Source: Methanothrix sp.
Lineage (GTDB): Archaea; Halobacteriota; Methanosarcinia; Methanotrichales; Methanotrichaceae
NCBI GenBank assembly: GCA_963682135.1
Contig: OY821645.1
Coordinates: 2,496,001-2,560,000 of the forward strand
DNA: 64,000 nucleotides
Direction of reading: 5' to 3'
The notes under the pieces were generated by a model. It worked only from the letters and a program-made list of their open reading frames with translations. It was not told the origin of the DNA and did no database searches. The translations under genes and the position numbers were made by a program. Within the stretch, counting starts at the first letter, position 1. Each line of letters begins with the position of its first letter. Shown in pieces: positions 10,491 through 19,726 of this stretch.

Positions 10491-10770
10491 TTTAATTACA
10501 TCGTCTGGCCAAAGCTGAAGGATTTCGTAGTCGCTTTGCTGGAATTCCAGATGCTGCGACTCGTCCCCCGCGAGGCTCTGTTCATCAAGAGCTACGGTAA
10601 CAGTGTGCTCTTCGAGAGCCTGAGGCCACAGGATGCCACGCCTACGTCCTTTTCCGCCTACAACGAGTACGGGATCCTGCTGGGCTTGCTGGACAATTAC
10701 TATACCCTGCCCAAAGGGAGCTTTCTATTGAGGATATCTTCATTCATTCCCTCGACTATTAAAATAGCCC

Positions 10771-11865
10771 TCAGCTCAGATGCCGCCTGAATACATCCTC
10801 ATAAAGCCTCTTTACGTTCTCTCGGGTCTTGGCCATCTCCGGAAAGCCCTGGAACTGCCTGGCCTCTGCCACGTCTTCGGACAGCCGGAGCTTATACTGG
10901 CTGCGTGACAAGAACCAGCCATTTCTGGCATAGTAGCGGGAGAGGTATTCTTGCTCAGTCTGGCCGGGGGTGGGTGTAAAGAGCCCATGCCTTGTCTCCA
11001 GCTCCGCCAGCTCCATCATAGTAGTATAGCCGGACCTGGCAATGATGAACCTGGCCCGGTTCATAAGCTCTGTCTTCTCCTCTGTGGAGACGTAGGAGTG
11101 CACAGTGGTGTGCTCGTCCAATTTTCGATGCGACTCCTCTTGCGGGCTTCCCAGAAGGACCACTTTCTCACCGGGCAGCTTTTGCACCTGTTTCAAGATA
11201 ATCTCCTCCAGGCGGGTCCTCTGCGGCTCGGGACCGGATGCAATTGCCAGAAAGTCCAGATCCCTGTCCACCGCCATTTTTTTGGTGCTGGTCAAAATTC
11301 CGGCGTAATAGACCCTGCGATTAGTGGCATTCACATAGGAGCGACAGAGCTTGCCGCTCAGGTTATTGCTGCCGCCATTGGGATTGATATCCGGCACAAT
11401 CACCCCTTCGAATTTGCTGTGAAAGAAGCTGTTGAAGGGCATGGTCATCATCTCAAATGGATAGAGATAGCTGGGCATGCTGTAGCGAAGCTGGTGAGAT
11501 ATGAAATAGCTGGAGACCTTGTCGCTGTAGACGCTCATGCGGTTGTCGCTGATGATCAGGTCGAATCTATTCTCTGCCAGAATCGCTTCAAACCTTTTTT
11601 TCTCCTGGGCAATAGCCCTCAGAAGGCCAGGAATGCCGGCGACAAATGTTGGCAGAAAGAATCGAGAGTCACTATAGGGCACAGGATAGTCTTTGAAGTG
11701 GATGAAATTACACTGCGGGCATTCTCTCTGCAAGAGGGCCAGAGCATTGCCGCTGGTGCCGACGGTTACCTCATGCCCCCGGCGCAAAAGTTCCTCGATG
11801 AGGGGAATGTCTCGGGTAGCGTGGCCCAGACCCCAATTGAGAGGACTTACAAAAACATGTCCCAT
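10771..11865 (-). CDS. GT-B glycosyltransferase (family 28 C-terminal / MJ1255-like)
   Basis: 'SPLNWGLGHATRD', 'IARSGYTTMMEL', 'PTPGQTEQEYL'; ATG 11865 preferred over 11952. Confidence 0.9.
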   Translation of the reverse strand: MGHVFVSPLNWGLGHATRDIPLIEELLRRGHEVTVGTSGNALALLQRECPQCNFIHFKDYPVPYSDSRFFLPTFVAGIPGLLRAIAQEKKRFEAILAENRFDLIISDNRMSVYSDKVSSYFISHQLRYSMPSYLYPFEMMTMPFNSFFHSKFEGVIVPDINPNGGSNNLSGKLCRSYVNATNRRVYYAGILTSTKKMAVDRDLDFLAIASGPEPQRTRLEEIILKQVQKLPGEKVVLLGSPQEESHRKLDEHTTVHSYVSTEEKTELMNRARFIIARSGYTTMMELAELETRHGLFTPTPGQTEQEYLSRYYARNGWFLSRSQYKLRLSEDVAEARQFQGFPEMAKTRENVKRLYEDVFRRHLS

Positions 11866-12095
11866 GAACCAGAATAGTGCAGCTAGATTGTATAAACCAT
11901 TCTCTCGGAGATGGGCTGCCCGGCAGGGGCTAGCTTGCCAAATCTTGTGCACGATGTGACGGCTTTGCTACTATCTAATCATTTCCTTGTAGCAGACCAT
12001 TCTGCCGGGATGCCGCGCGCGGGTTAGCCCGGGCACCCTCAACGCCAGGCAGGCTTGGAAACACACGCTGGAAACGATTTATGGGACTGACCTAT

Positions 12096-15000
12096 TCAGG
12101 AAATGACGGCAGTTCCCTTCTCCAGCCGCACCCCGTCTGCTCCGCCCAGCTTGACCACAGCAATTCCGGTAGAGCTGCTCATAGCCACTGTTTCCGCCTG
12201 GAATGCCTGCGGGTCCATATCCACTGAGCTCCAGGCTTCATCTCTTCTCTCCAGCGTCCTTCCCTCTCGGCTCAAGACCAGATCCACCAGATGCACCGCC
12301 GAGACTTCCCCCTGCCTTATGAACGACGTGGGATCAAACTGCAGCAGCATGGTAGCATTGCCGGCAGACAGATCGTCCTCTACGCTCGCTTCTCCCATCT
12401 CGTCACCAGCGTCATCCACAATGATTCCTTGCAGCTCATACCGACCTGGCTTGACTACAGTTACATTTACTCCGATAGCGATGGAAGTGGGGGTCGTCCT
12501 GTTCAGATACTCGTCGGGGAGATAGGCAGCAGGCGGCTGGAACTCCTTTGGCTCCCGGTTAATGATGATATCTTTGTCGAATCTATCGATGTAGCTGCCA
12601 CTTCTATCGTAGAGTATTAGATTTTGAATTCGCAGCGGCCCACACTTGCCGTATCTCCAAATATCGGTACCGCTGGCATTGACCATTATGCTGCCGCTCT
12701 CATTGAGCGCAAATCTGCGATCTATTGCCCCAATCCAGCCGCCGCTGCAATCTACCATCACCCCTTTTAGTTGAAACTCTCCCGGCGCTGTGATGTTCAG
12801 GCCGAAGCCCAAGGAAAGCACATCAAAGAGGCTGTCGTTGTCGAGGTCTATGGCCTCATCTTTTGTGAGACCTGTCAGCCTTGTGCCGGCAATGGTCACA
12901 CTCACCGGAATCTCAAAGGTGTGACTGTCCGAAGAGATTTTTATGTATCCATCCAGCCTGGGAAGCGATGTGCCTTGCGGGATGGTGAGATTGGCCTGTA
13001 CCGTCCCATTAGAGTCACTCTCCAATCGTTTTGGTCCACTGGTTGCGATCCAGCTCCAATTCTCCTCGGCATATTCCTTGATACGAACTTTAAAGGACTT
13101 TCCTTGCAAGGGAACATTGTATCCGTAAACCTTCAGCGTCCAGTTTCCCAACTCCGGATTGCTGATCTCCAAGGGACCGAGATTATCTGCCCCCAAAGCC
13201 GCATTCTCCTCACTGGCAGTGCCCCTGGGATTCTCAAAGACCAGGGCAACCTCGCTCTCGTTATTGCCATCCAAGGAACTCAACTCTGCCGAGATCTTCT
13301 TTGTGCTCTCTGTGACATTTACAGTTTTATTCCATGTCTCTTTGTATCCCACATGACCCTCAGATTCCCAGATAGCAGTATCCTCAATCATCCCGGTGTA
13401 GCTTAGGTTTTGCAGAGACAGACCGAGATTTCTTATGAAAAACTGTGTTTTGCTGCTCGTACCGGATGATGCCGACTCCAGGCTCCAGCGCATAGGAGAA
13501 GTCTCTAACTGAGATCGTTCTACCTGCAGCGTGTAGTTTGCATGGTGAGTTGCATTCTCACTGTGAACGGCAATAAGCCATCTTCCCGAAGAAGGTCCTG
13601 CGATCTTCTTATTGGCCTGCCGGATGATCGTCTCACCAGTATTCTCACCTGTGTAATACTCGCTGGTAGGAGAGAGCAGGAAGAGATCGAGGTTGGTGCC
13701 ATTGTCTTGCTTCCACTTTAAAGATGCTTCAAACTCAGTCGTTCCGGGCTGCATCTTCAGGTAGTAGTAATGCCATTCGCTCCCGTTAAGCGATCCTGTA
13801 CTATTGGCCACGCCCCGAGAGATATTTAAGGGCACGGCCACATTCACACTGATGGGAATGTGCAGAATATTCTCATTTCCGTTTGCGATCTCAATGGTGC
13901 CGTTATAAGTCCCAGGAGCGGTATCCTGCGGCACAGTTATCGATGCCGCAAAGACCTTCTGATCATTGGCCATAACAGTCTTCGGCAAGAGCTGCAGGCT
14001 TACCCAATCAGCCACCTCACCTTGCGCCGACGTTTTAAGGTCTTTTATCTCCTGATTGCAAAAGAACACAAAACGCAAGTTCCAGTCTTCATCACCAGGA
14101 GCTAACGCATATATCTTCTTTTGCGGCCTGTCTGCGCCCGTATCCAGCCCAACGTATACTCCCTTTCCCGCAGGCAGATATGCCCAGCGGCCTGCCGTCC
14201 AGCGATCCGGAATCACTGCGCAGATATTACTATTGTTTGCCAAAAGCTCATAGGAAGAGAGAGCATCCAGCATTCCTGCACCTTGATAGTACTCTTCATA
14301 ACTCTCACCCAGGGTGCTGCTCAGTTTTGCTGCGCCCCTGGTCATGGCCGCCTTGACACCTGCGGCGCTGAGGTTTCCCTCTGCCTGCAAGAGCAGCGCT
14401 GACAATCCCGCAGCCACAGGTGCGGAAAGACTGGTCCCCGACTCGCGAGAATAATAGATGTCCACGGGGCTTGGCCGTTTCACGCTGACCGGCACAATGG
14501 AGATGATATCAACGCCCGGCGCCACAACGTCCGGCTTGATCCGATCGTCCCTGGTGGGCCCCGAACCGGAAAAGCTGGCGATGTGGCCATTGGCATCTGT
14601 GGCTCCCACGGTGATTACCTTTACACCATCACCCGGAGAGTCGATCAAACCTGGCGGCAACGCCAGGACGATTGGTACGAGGAGATAATACACATCCTTT
14701 TTGGCGCTATCAGTCTGGGATAATTTGACGGGAGCCTTGTTCTGGCCAACCTGGCTGCTGGAGGTCCCTGCAACCTGGCCTCCTGTTTCGCTGCTGTTGC
14801 GATTGCCTGCCGCCACGCAGACCACGACACCGTCGCTTGCCGCATTATCGGCAGCCATGGTTATGGGCGGATTGGTCTCGCCCAGGTTTATGCCGCCCAG
14901 GCTGAGGCTGAGGACATCAGCCCCATTGTAAACGGCCCACTCAATTCCCGCTATGATATCCGATACTTTGCCGTCCCCTTTGCCATCTATCACTTTGACA

Positions 15001-15776
15001 CTGATCAGCTTTGCTCCGGGAGCAATTCCCTTGAAGCTACCATTGGAGGCCGCACCTGAGCCGGCAATTATCCCTGCCACCATTGTTCCGTGTCCCAGCA
15101 GATCGTCTGCCGTGATCTCATCCGCCAGGAAATTCTTCTCGGCTACCACCTTGCCGATCAGGTCCGGATGATTTTTGTCGATCCCGGAATCAATTACCGC
15201 CACGGTTATCCCCGTACCATTGATCCCCTTCTCCCAGAGCTTGTCTGCCTTTATAATTTGAGCAGGAGATCTATAACTTTCATAATATCTATCATATCCA
15301 TCCTGCGAGACGGAACCTTCCTTTGATAAATTAAAAGATGAATTTAAGGGTAAATCGAAAGACGAATTCCTATCGGGTGACGATACTTGAGTTATGCCAT
15401 CAAGATAAATTCCCGATACCCATTCGTTTTCCGCCATCTTTCTAATGGCTTTGCAGGTAGCTTCTCCAGCGAGACCGGGTATCAGTTGAAATCGATACTT
15501 GACAGAGAGGTCTTTGGAAATTAGATCATCAGAAATAAGACGGTCTGAGCTACTTGGGGCATCTGCATTGAACATCACAATCACAGGGACCTTTTCCCCG
15601 GGTGTCTTTTCATATTCATTGGCAGAAAGCAATTCTTCAAGCCTGGAATCTATCTTCTGGTCGGCAGCAGAAGAAAGCTTGGCAGCCTGTGCAGAAGATT
15701 CCTGGACGGATGATGAGACCGCCAGAATTATGCATGCAGCCGAAAAAATAATTAAAATATTTCTATTCATATTCAA
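12096..15776 (-). CDS. Secreted S8 subtilase with PPC-like and C-terminal beta-sandwich domains
   Basis: Signal peptide, I9-like propeptide, triad 'VIDSG', 'HGTMVAG', 'SGTSLSAP'. Confidence 0.95.
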   Translation of the reverse strand: MNMNRNILIIFSAACIILAVSSSVQESSAQAAKLSSAADQKIDSRLEELLSANEYEKTPGEKVPVIVMFNADAPSSSDRLISDDLISKDLSVKYRFQLIPGLAGEATCKAIRKMAENEWVSGIYLDGITQVSSPDRNSSFDLPLNSSFNLSKEGSVSQDGYDRYYESYRSPAQIIKADKLWEKGINGTGITVAVIDSGIDKNHPDLIGKVVAEKNFLADEITADDLLGHGTMVAGIIAGSGAASNGSFKGIAPGAKLISVKVIDGKGDGKVSDIIAGIEWAVYNGADVLSLSLGGINLGETNPPITMAADNAASDGVVVCVAAGNRNSSETGGQVAGTSSSQVGQNKAPVKLSQTDSAKKDVYYLLVPIVLALPPGLIDSPGDGVKVITVGATDANGHIASFSGSGPTRDDRIKPDVVAPGVDIISIVPVSVKRPSPVDIYYSRESGTSLSAPVAAGLSALLLQAEGNLSAAGVKAAMTRGAAKLSSTLGESYEEYYQGAGMLDALSSYELLANNSNICAVIPDRWTAGRWAYLPAGKGVYVGLDTGADRPQKKIYALAPGDEDWNLRFVFFCNQEIKDLKTSAQGEVADWVSLQLLPKTVMANDQKVFAASITVPQDTAPGTYNGTIEIANGNENILHIPISVNVAVPLNISRGVANSTGSLNGSEWHYYYLKMQPGTTEFEASLKWKQDNGTNLDLFLLSPTSEYYTGENTGETIIRQANKKIAGPSSGRWLIAVHSENATHHANYTLQVERSQLETSPMRWSLESASSGTSSKTQFFIRNLGLSLQNLSYTGMIEDTAIWESEGHVGYKETWNKTVNVTESTKKISAELSSLDGNNESEVALVFENPRGTASEENAALGADNLGPLEISNPELGNWTLKVYGYNVPLQGKSFKVRIKEYAEENWSWIATSGPKRLESDSNGTVQANLTIPQGTSLPRLDGYIKISSDSHTFEIPVSVTIAGTRLTGLTKDEAIDLDNDSLFDVLSLGFGLNITAPGEFQLKGVMVDCSGGWIGAIDRRFALNESGSIMVNASGTDIWRYGKCGPLRIQNLILYDRSGSYIDRFDKDIIINREPKEFQPPAAYLPDEYLNRTTPTSIAIGVNVTVVKPGRYELQGIIVDDAGDEMGEASVEDDLSAGNATMLLQFDPTSFIRQGEVSAVHLVDLVLSREGRTLERRDEAWSSVDMDPQAFQAETVAMSSSTGIAVVKLGGADGVRLEKGTAVIS

Positions 15777-15844
15777 CCAAACCCCATCTAACGATTTATC
15801 CCCGGGCCTATCCCAAAATCACAACTAATGAGTGCAAGTAGATA

Positions 15845-16657
15845 ATGCTAAATAAACCTGTGGTACTTGTAGGATGGATGATGCTGGAATGGCTGGTTTC
15901 CTATCTGCTCTGGATTAGTTTGGCTCTACTCCTGGCATCCGCTCTGACCGGGATCAGCCGTATTGCAGTTCCTGGATGGGCCCTCTTTGCATTATTCTGG
16001 CTCGGTCAGATCAATCACTATCTCACCATAGAGGACTACTTCAATGTGGCTCTCTTTTTAGGAGCAGGTCTCTTGAGCTTCTACATGGCCTGGATTGTGA
16101 TGAGCCGGGGCTTTTCATCAAAGGCATGCTATTGGGCGAGCTATGCCGCAGCCGTCTGCGGGATAGTCTATTTCCCATTTGCCGAAATTCCAGCTCTTCA
16201 AGTCGGATTGATTGGGCTTACCACCCAGATAACCGCAAAGATGCTGCAATTTCTCTCCGTCCCCGTGATCATGGAGAGCTGGAATATAATGAGCCTCAAC
16301 GGTCGATCGGTGCAGATCATCCTGGCCTGCACGGCCATTGAGAGCATTGCCCTGTTTGCCGGAGTGATTTTATCGGTTCAGGCGCCACGAGGTCGCAGGC
16401 TGGCAGCTCTGACCGCATCTACATTATCCATATATATCTTGAACATTGTAAGAAATGGATTTGTACTCATGGCCTACGGTTGGAGCTGGTTCGGGGAAGG
16501 CAGCTTTGATATAGCTCATAATATAATTGCGAAGATTGGATCGACAATAGCGCTCCTGGCTATATCTTACCTGGTATTTCTGCTCTTGCCGGAGCTTTTA
16601 TCAATCATTGATGAGCTTGCAGCAGAGATCAAACCAGGGAGAGGAGATACCGCATGA
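15845..16657 (+). CDS. artA: Archaeosortase A
   Basis: Multi-TM; 'IILACTAIES', 'NIVRN', 'AHNIIAK'; adjacent to psd/pssA; start may be 15878. Confidence 0.9.
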   Translation: MLNKPVVLVGWMMLEWLVSYLLWISLALLLASALTGISRIAVPGWALFALFWLGQINHYLTIEDYFNVALFLGAGLLSFYMAWIVMSRGFSSKACYWASYAAAVCGIVYFPFAEIPALQVGLIGLTTQITAKMLQFLSVPVIMESWNIMSLNGRSVQIILACTAIESIALFAGVILSVQAPRGRRLAALTASTLSIYILNIVRNGFVLMAYGWSWFGEGSFDIAHNIIAKIGSTIALLAISYLVFLLLPELLSIIDELAAEIKPGRGDTA

Positions 16658-17241
16658 AGCTGGCGAAAAATTCCACGGCATGGGTAATGGCGCCCATTTT
16701 TCTCACTGCAGGCCTCGCCGCCGCAGGAATTTGGCTATTGTCAGCCGTGGCTTTGGCGGGCTTTGTTTTCATGATCTTTTTTCATAGGGACCCGGATCGC
16801 CTTCCCAGAGGGGATGGCATGCTTTCGCCGGCAGACGGAAAGATCATCCAGGCCATGCCTGACAGAATCAGCATCTTTATGAGTCCTTCCAATGTGCACG
16901 TTAACCGGGCTCCCCTGGATGGATTTGTACGCAATATCGAATACAGGAAGGGCACCCATTTGCCTGCTTTCATGGGACGGGCATGCAAGAATCAGCAGAA
17001 CAGGATGTATTTAGAAACAGATGACGGAGACATGGAGCTGCGCCAGATTACGGGAACTCTGGTCAGGGAGATCGTCTGCTACGTTCACCCCGGAGATCAG
17101 GTGTCGCGAGGGGAAAGAATCGGCATGATCCGCTTCGGCTCAAGGGTAGAAATCAGCATTCCCGCGGGCTACAGTCTGCGAGTAAATAAGGGCGACAAGG
17201 TTCGAGCCGGAGAGACGGTGGTTGCGGTGAGGAATTCATGA
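16654..17241 (+). CDS. psd: Archaetidylserine/phosphatidylserine decarboxylase proenzyme
   Basis: 'FFHRDPDR', 'SPADGK', 'VHVNRAP', self-cleavage site 'RFGSRV'. Confidence 0.95.
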   Translation: MKLAKNSTAWVMAPIFLTAGLAAAGIWLLSAVALAGFVFMIFFHRDPDRLPRGDGMLSPADGKIIQAMPDRISIFMSPSNVHVNRAPLDGFVRNIEYRKGTHLPAFMGRACKNQQNRMYLETDDGDMELRQITGTLVREIVCYVHPGDQVSRGERIGMIRFGSRVEISIPAGYSLRVNKGDKVRAGETVVAVRNS

Positions 17242-17912
17242 ATGTCTTCCGGGTTATCCGGCTGCCGGACTTATTCACGCTTTTAAACGTCGTTTTCGGA
17301 TTCCTGGCACTTCTTGCCGCGGGCGGGGCCTGGGGCGCTATTTATCCCCAGTATGCCGTAGTGTTCATCCTCCTGGCGGCAATGGCCGACGGCCTGGATG
17401 GGTTCCTGGCGAGAAAAGTGGGCGGCAGCCCCCTGGGAGCCAACCTTGACTCGTTAGCTGACCTGATATCCTTTGGAACGGCACCTGTCTTTCTGGCCAT
17501 CACTGCCTTTCACCTGCCGCCTCACATCTGGCTGCTGGGCATCTTATTCCTGCTATGCGGAACGTTACGTCTGGCCAGATTCAACGTGATCTCTGGAAAA
17601 AGCGATGCTTTCTTTGAGGGGCTCCCCATTCCTGCCGCCGGCATAGCTCTTTCTGCCAGCGTTCTCCTGGGCAGGCCGCCGCTCACCATCGCGCTCATGC
17701 TCTTCTTAGCACTGCTCATGGTAAGCAGCATCTCCTATCCCAAAATCAGAGACCTTCGCGTCATGATAATACTGGGCAGCATTTTTCTTGTGGTGGGATT
17801 GTTCCTCTTTCGCCAGCACGATATTCTAGAGGCCACCCTTGTGGTCATAGTTCTTATCACCCTTTATCTCACCAGTCCGGTGGTGATCTCACGCCTACGA
17901 AAAAAGAGATAG
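17238..17912 (+). CDS. pssA: Archaetidylserine synthase (CDP-alcohol phosphatidyltransferase)
   Basis: 'DGLDGFLAR...GANLDSLAD', 'LRLARFN', 'FEGLPIP'. Confidence 0.95.
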   Translation: MNVFRVIRLPDLFTLLNVVFGFLALLAAGGAWGAIYPQYAVVFILLAAMADGLDGFLARKVGGSPLGANLDSLADLISFGTAPVFLAITAFHLPPHIWLLGILFLLCGTLRLARFNVISGKSDAFFEGLPIPAAGIALSASVLLGRPPLTIALMLFLALLMVSSISYPKIRDLRVMIILGSIFLVVGLFLFRQHDILEATLVVIVLITLYLTSPVVISRLRKKR

Positions 17913-18226
17913 CCGCTTTTGAGGCGGGAATCAAGCTGGGAGCGCTCTACCATCAGTTCGTGGGAGCGCCTGTAAGCCTGAAGACGGCAGCCAGCCTGGA
18001 AGAGGCCATGGAGAAGAGCATCTCCCTCCAGCCTTATGTGAAAAAGGTAAGCGTTCGCATAGACCGAGAGAGGCTGTTGGAGAACTGTTTTGGCTATGGC
18101 GAGCTGGAGGGGCGCATGATAATCGCCCAGGTGCAGATAGATTATGAGGGCGAGGTCGTGAACGCCAAATTGGAGTACGACGCAGAAAAAAAATATCCGC
18201 TTATGAGCTTAGTGGACTCCGATTAA
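17891..18226 (+). CDS. mptD: Archaeal dihydroneopterin aldolase (DUF381/DUF372), probable ACG start
   Basis: In-frame 'TPTKKEIAAFEAGIKLGALYHQFVG' upstream of the GTG at 17960; C-terminal 'YPLM'. Confidence 0.85.
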   Translation, partial: TPTKKEIAAFEAGIKLGALYHQFVGAPVSLKTAASLEEAMEKSISLQPYVKKVSVRIDRERLLENCFGYGELEGRMIIAQVQIDYEGEVVNAKLEYDAEKKYPLMSLVDSD

Positions 18227-18258
18227 CTTAAGGTCGATGGTACCCATAACGAACTCCG

Positions 18259-19185
18259 TCAATATCTTGACGCTTTCGCTCTATTTTTGGATACATTCAC
18301 CCAGAGATGCAGATCCCTGTAAGGACCGGTGAAGTTTCCATCCCTGTAAAGCAAAAACTCCAGCTTCTGGCGATCGCCGGTATGATTGAGGACATAAGAT
18401 ACCGGCTTTTCCCATGTCTCGTTATGGACAAGCGTTAGATTCATGCTCATAAGAGTATTATTCAGAGGAGTGTTGTTCAGAGAAAGGCTCATGGTATAGT
18501 TAACGAGCGCATATTCATGATTTACCACGCCCACAATAACGGTGCTATGATTTCCTGCCTGAACGCTTGTCGGGTAGTCATAGGCTTTGCCTCCCGGGCC
18601 CAGGATATAAAACTCAGTGAATTTCTCGCCCTGCTTGGGGGTTACTATCACATATACCAGAGCGGCAATAGATAATAGGATAGTTATTATTAAAATAATA
18701 GATAGGGCCTTATCAAGCCGGCTCTTATCGTCCTGCAGAATTTCTCCCTTCCAGGTGATTATAGTCTCGCGAAATTGGATAGAGAACCTCTCCGCGGCAG
18801 GCAGACTCATCCGCCGCCAATAGGCCGCCGCAGCCATGACCATGGTGAATATAGCCAGAGAGACTACCACCGGAGTCAGTCTGATTCCCCAAGGTGTGTA
18901 ATTGAGGCCAAGGCCAATGAGTGGCACCACGGCTATGGAAAGACCAAAGGAGAGAGCCGTCCTCTCGATTCCCTCTAAATCAGCCTTCTTGGGAAAAAGG
19001 GCTGCGATGAGAGTGTAGCCCGGCACAAATAGCACCATAAGCAGACCTAGAGGTATGCGCACAGGGAGAATTGAAAGAGGTGTCAGGGTAAAGAGCAGTA
19101 TAGCTAACGCTAAAATTACTGCGGCTAACAGGTCGGACGGAATTTTCATGATCTTATCAAACATCTTCATCTCTCTACCGTTCAC
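18259..19185 (-). CDS. DUF1616 family membrane protein
   Basis: 'LFVPGYTLIAALFP', 'ERTALSFGLSIA', 'EKFTEFYILG...YP', 'YRDLHLWV'. Confidence 0.9.
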   Translation of the reverse strand: MNGREMKMFDKIMKIPSDLLAAVILALAILLFTLTPLSILPVRIPLGLLMVLFVPGYTLIAALFPKKADLEGIERTALSFGLSIAVVPLIGLGLNYTPWGIRLTPVVVSLAIFTMVMAAAAYWRRMSLPAAERFSIQFRETIITWKGEILQDDKSRLDKALSIILIITILLSIAALVYVIVTPKQGEKFTEFYILGPGGKAYDYPTSVQAGNHSTVIVGVVNHEYALVNYTMSLSLNNTPLNNTLMSMNLTLVHNETWEKPVSYVLNHTGDRQKLEFLLYRDGNFTGPYRDLHLWVNVSKNRAKASRY

Positions 19186-19458
19186 AGCTACAATAGCCGC
19201 ATACCTGGCAGTCCCCCAATCTAATCAGCGACTTTGCGAATGGGCTGTTCCATCTCTGCGATGAGTATGTTCCTGGAAGCATTGTAGTCTCGATCGCATG
19301 AGAATTTGCAATCTTATCAGCTTTCGACCCAGCACTTTGAGCCTCGTAAGAACGCATGAATATTAACTATGACCGGGATTCATCTTGTTTGGGAGAATGG
19401 GATACTTGTAGCTGATCATCATACGAATACTGATATGCATGCCTATTATTTATATAGG

Positions 19459-19671
19459 TTGAGGGCGGCGCGAAAGTAATCATGGTAAAGGGCTTTGGCT
19501 TTCATCCGTTGCGACTGCATCGCAACTCCCGCAGACTCTGCGCAGTTAGCTGGATCACCCTGAAGGATGGGAACTTACCGATGTTTTGACTTCTCGGTCG
19601 AAACTCTCGCGGACGCGCGGTCAGCAAGATCAGACCTTGGCGATCCCACAAGCTAAAAAGCCGCCACTCGG
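19459..19671 (+). ncRNA. Candidate structured RNA or MITE-like palindromic element
   Basis: Nested helices 19459-69/19660-71, 19481-88/19575-83, 19500-07/19565-72; hairpins 19508-26, 19530-42, 19584-603; G-U pairs favour the + strand. Confidence 0.4.
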
Positions 19672-19726
19672 CACGGACTTTCCAAAACGTCAAGTTTTTA
19701 TATTTCGCATCTTGATAAAGAGATAC

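Noticed and set aside
10951-11877. 308-aa plus-strand ORF
   Set aside because: Antisense shadow of the glycosyltransferase; no motifs
19670-19685. Minus-strand GGAAAGTCCG resembling the RNase P RNA P4 5' strand
   Set aside because: Lacks the preceding GA and the 3' AACAGAA...GCTTA partner
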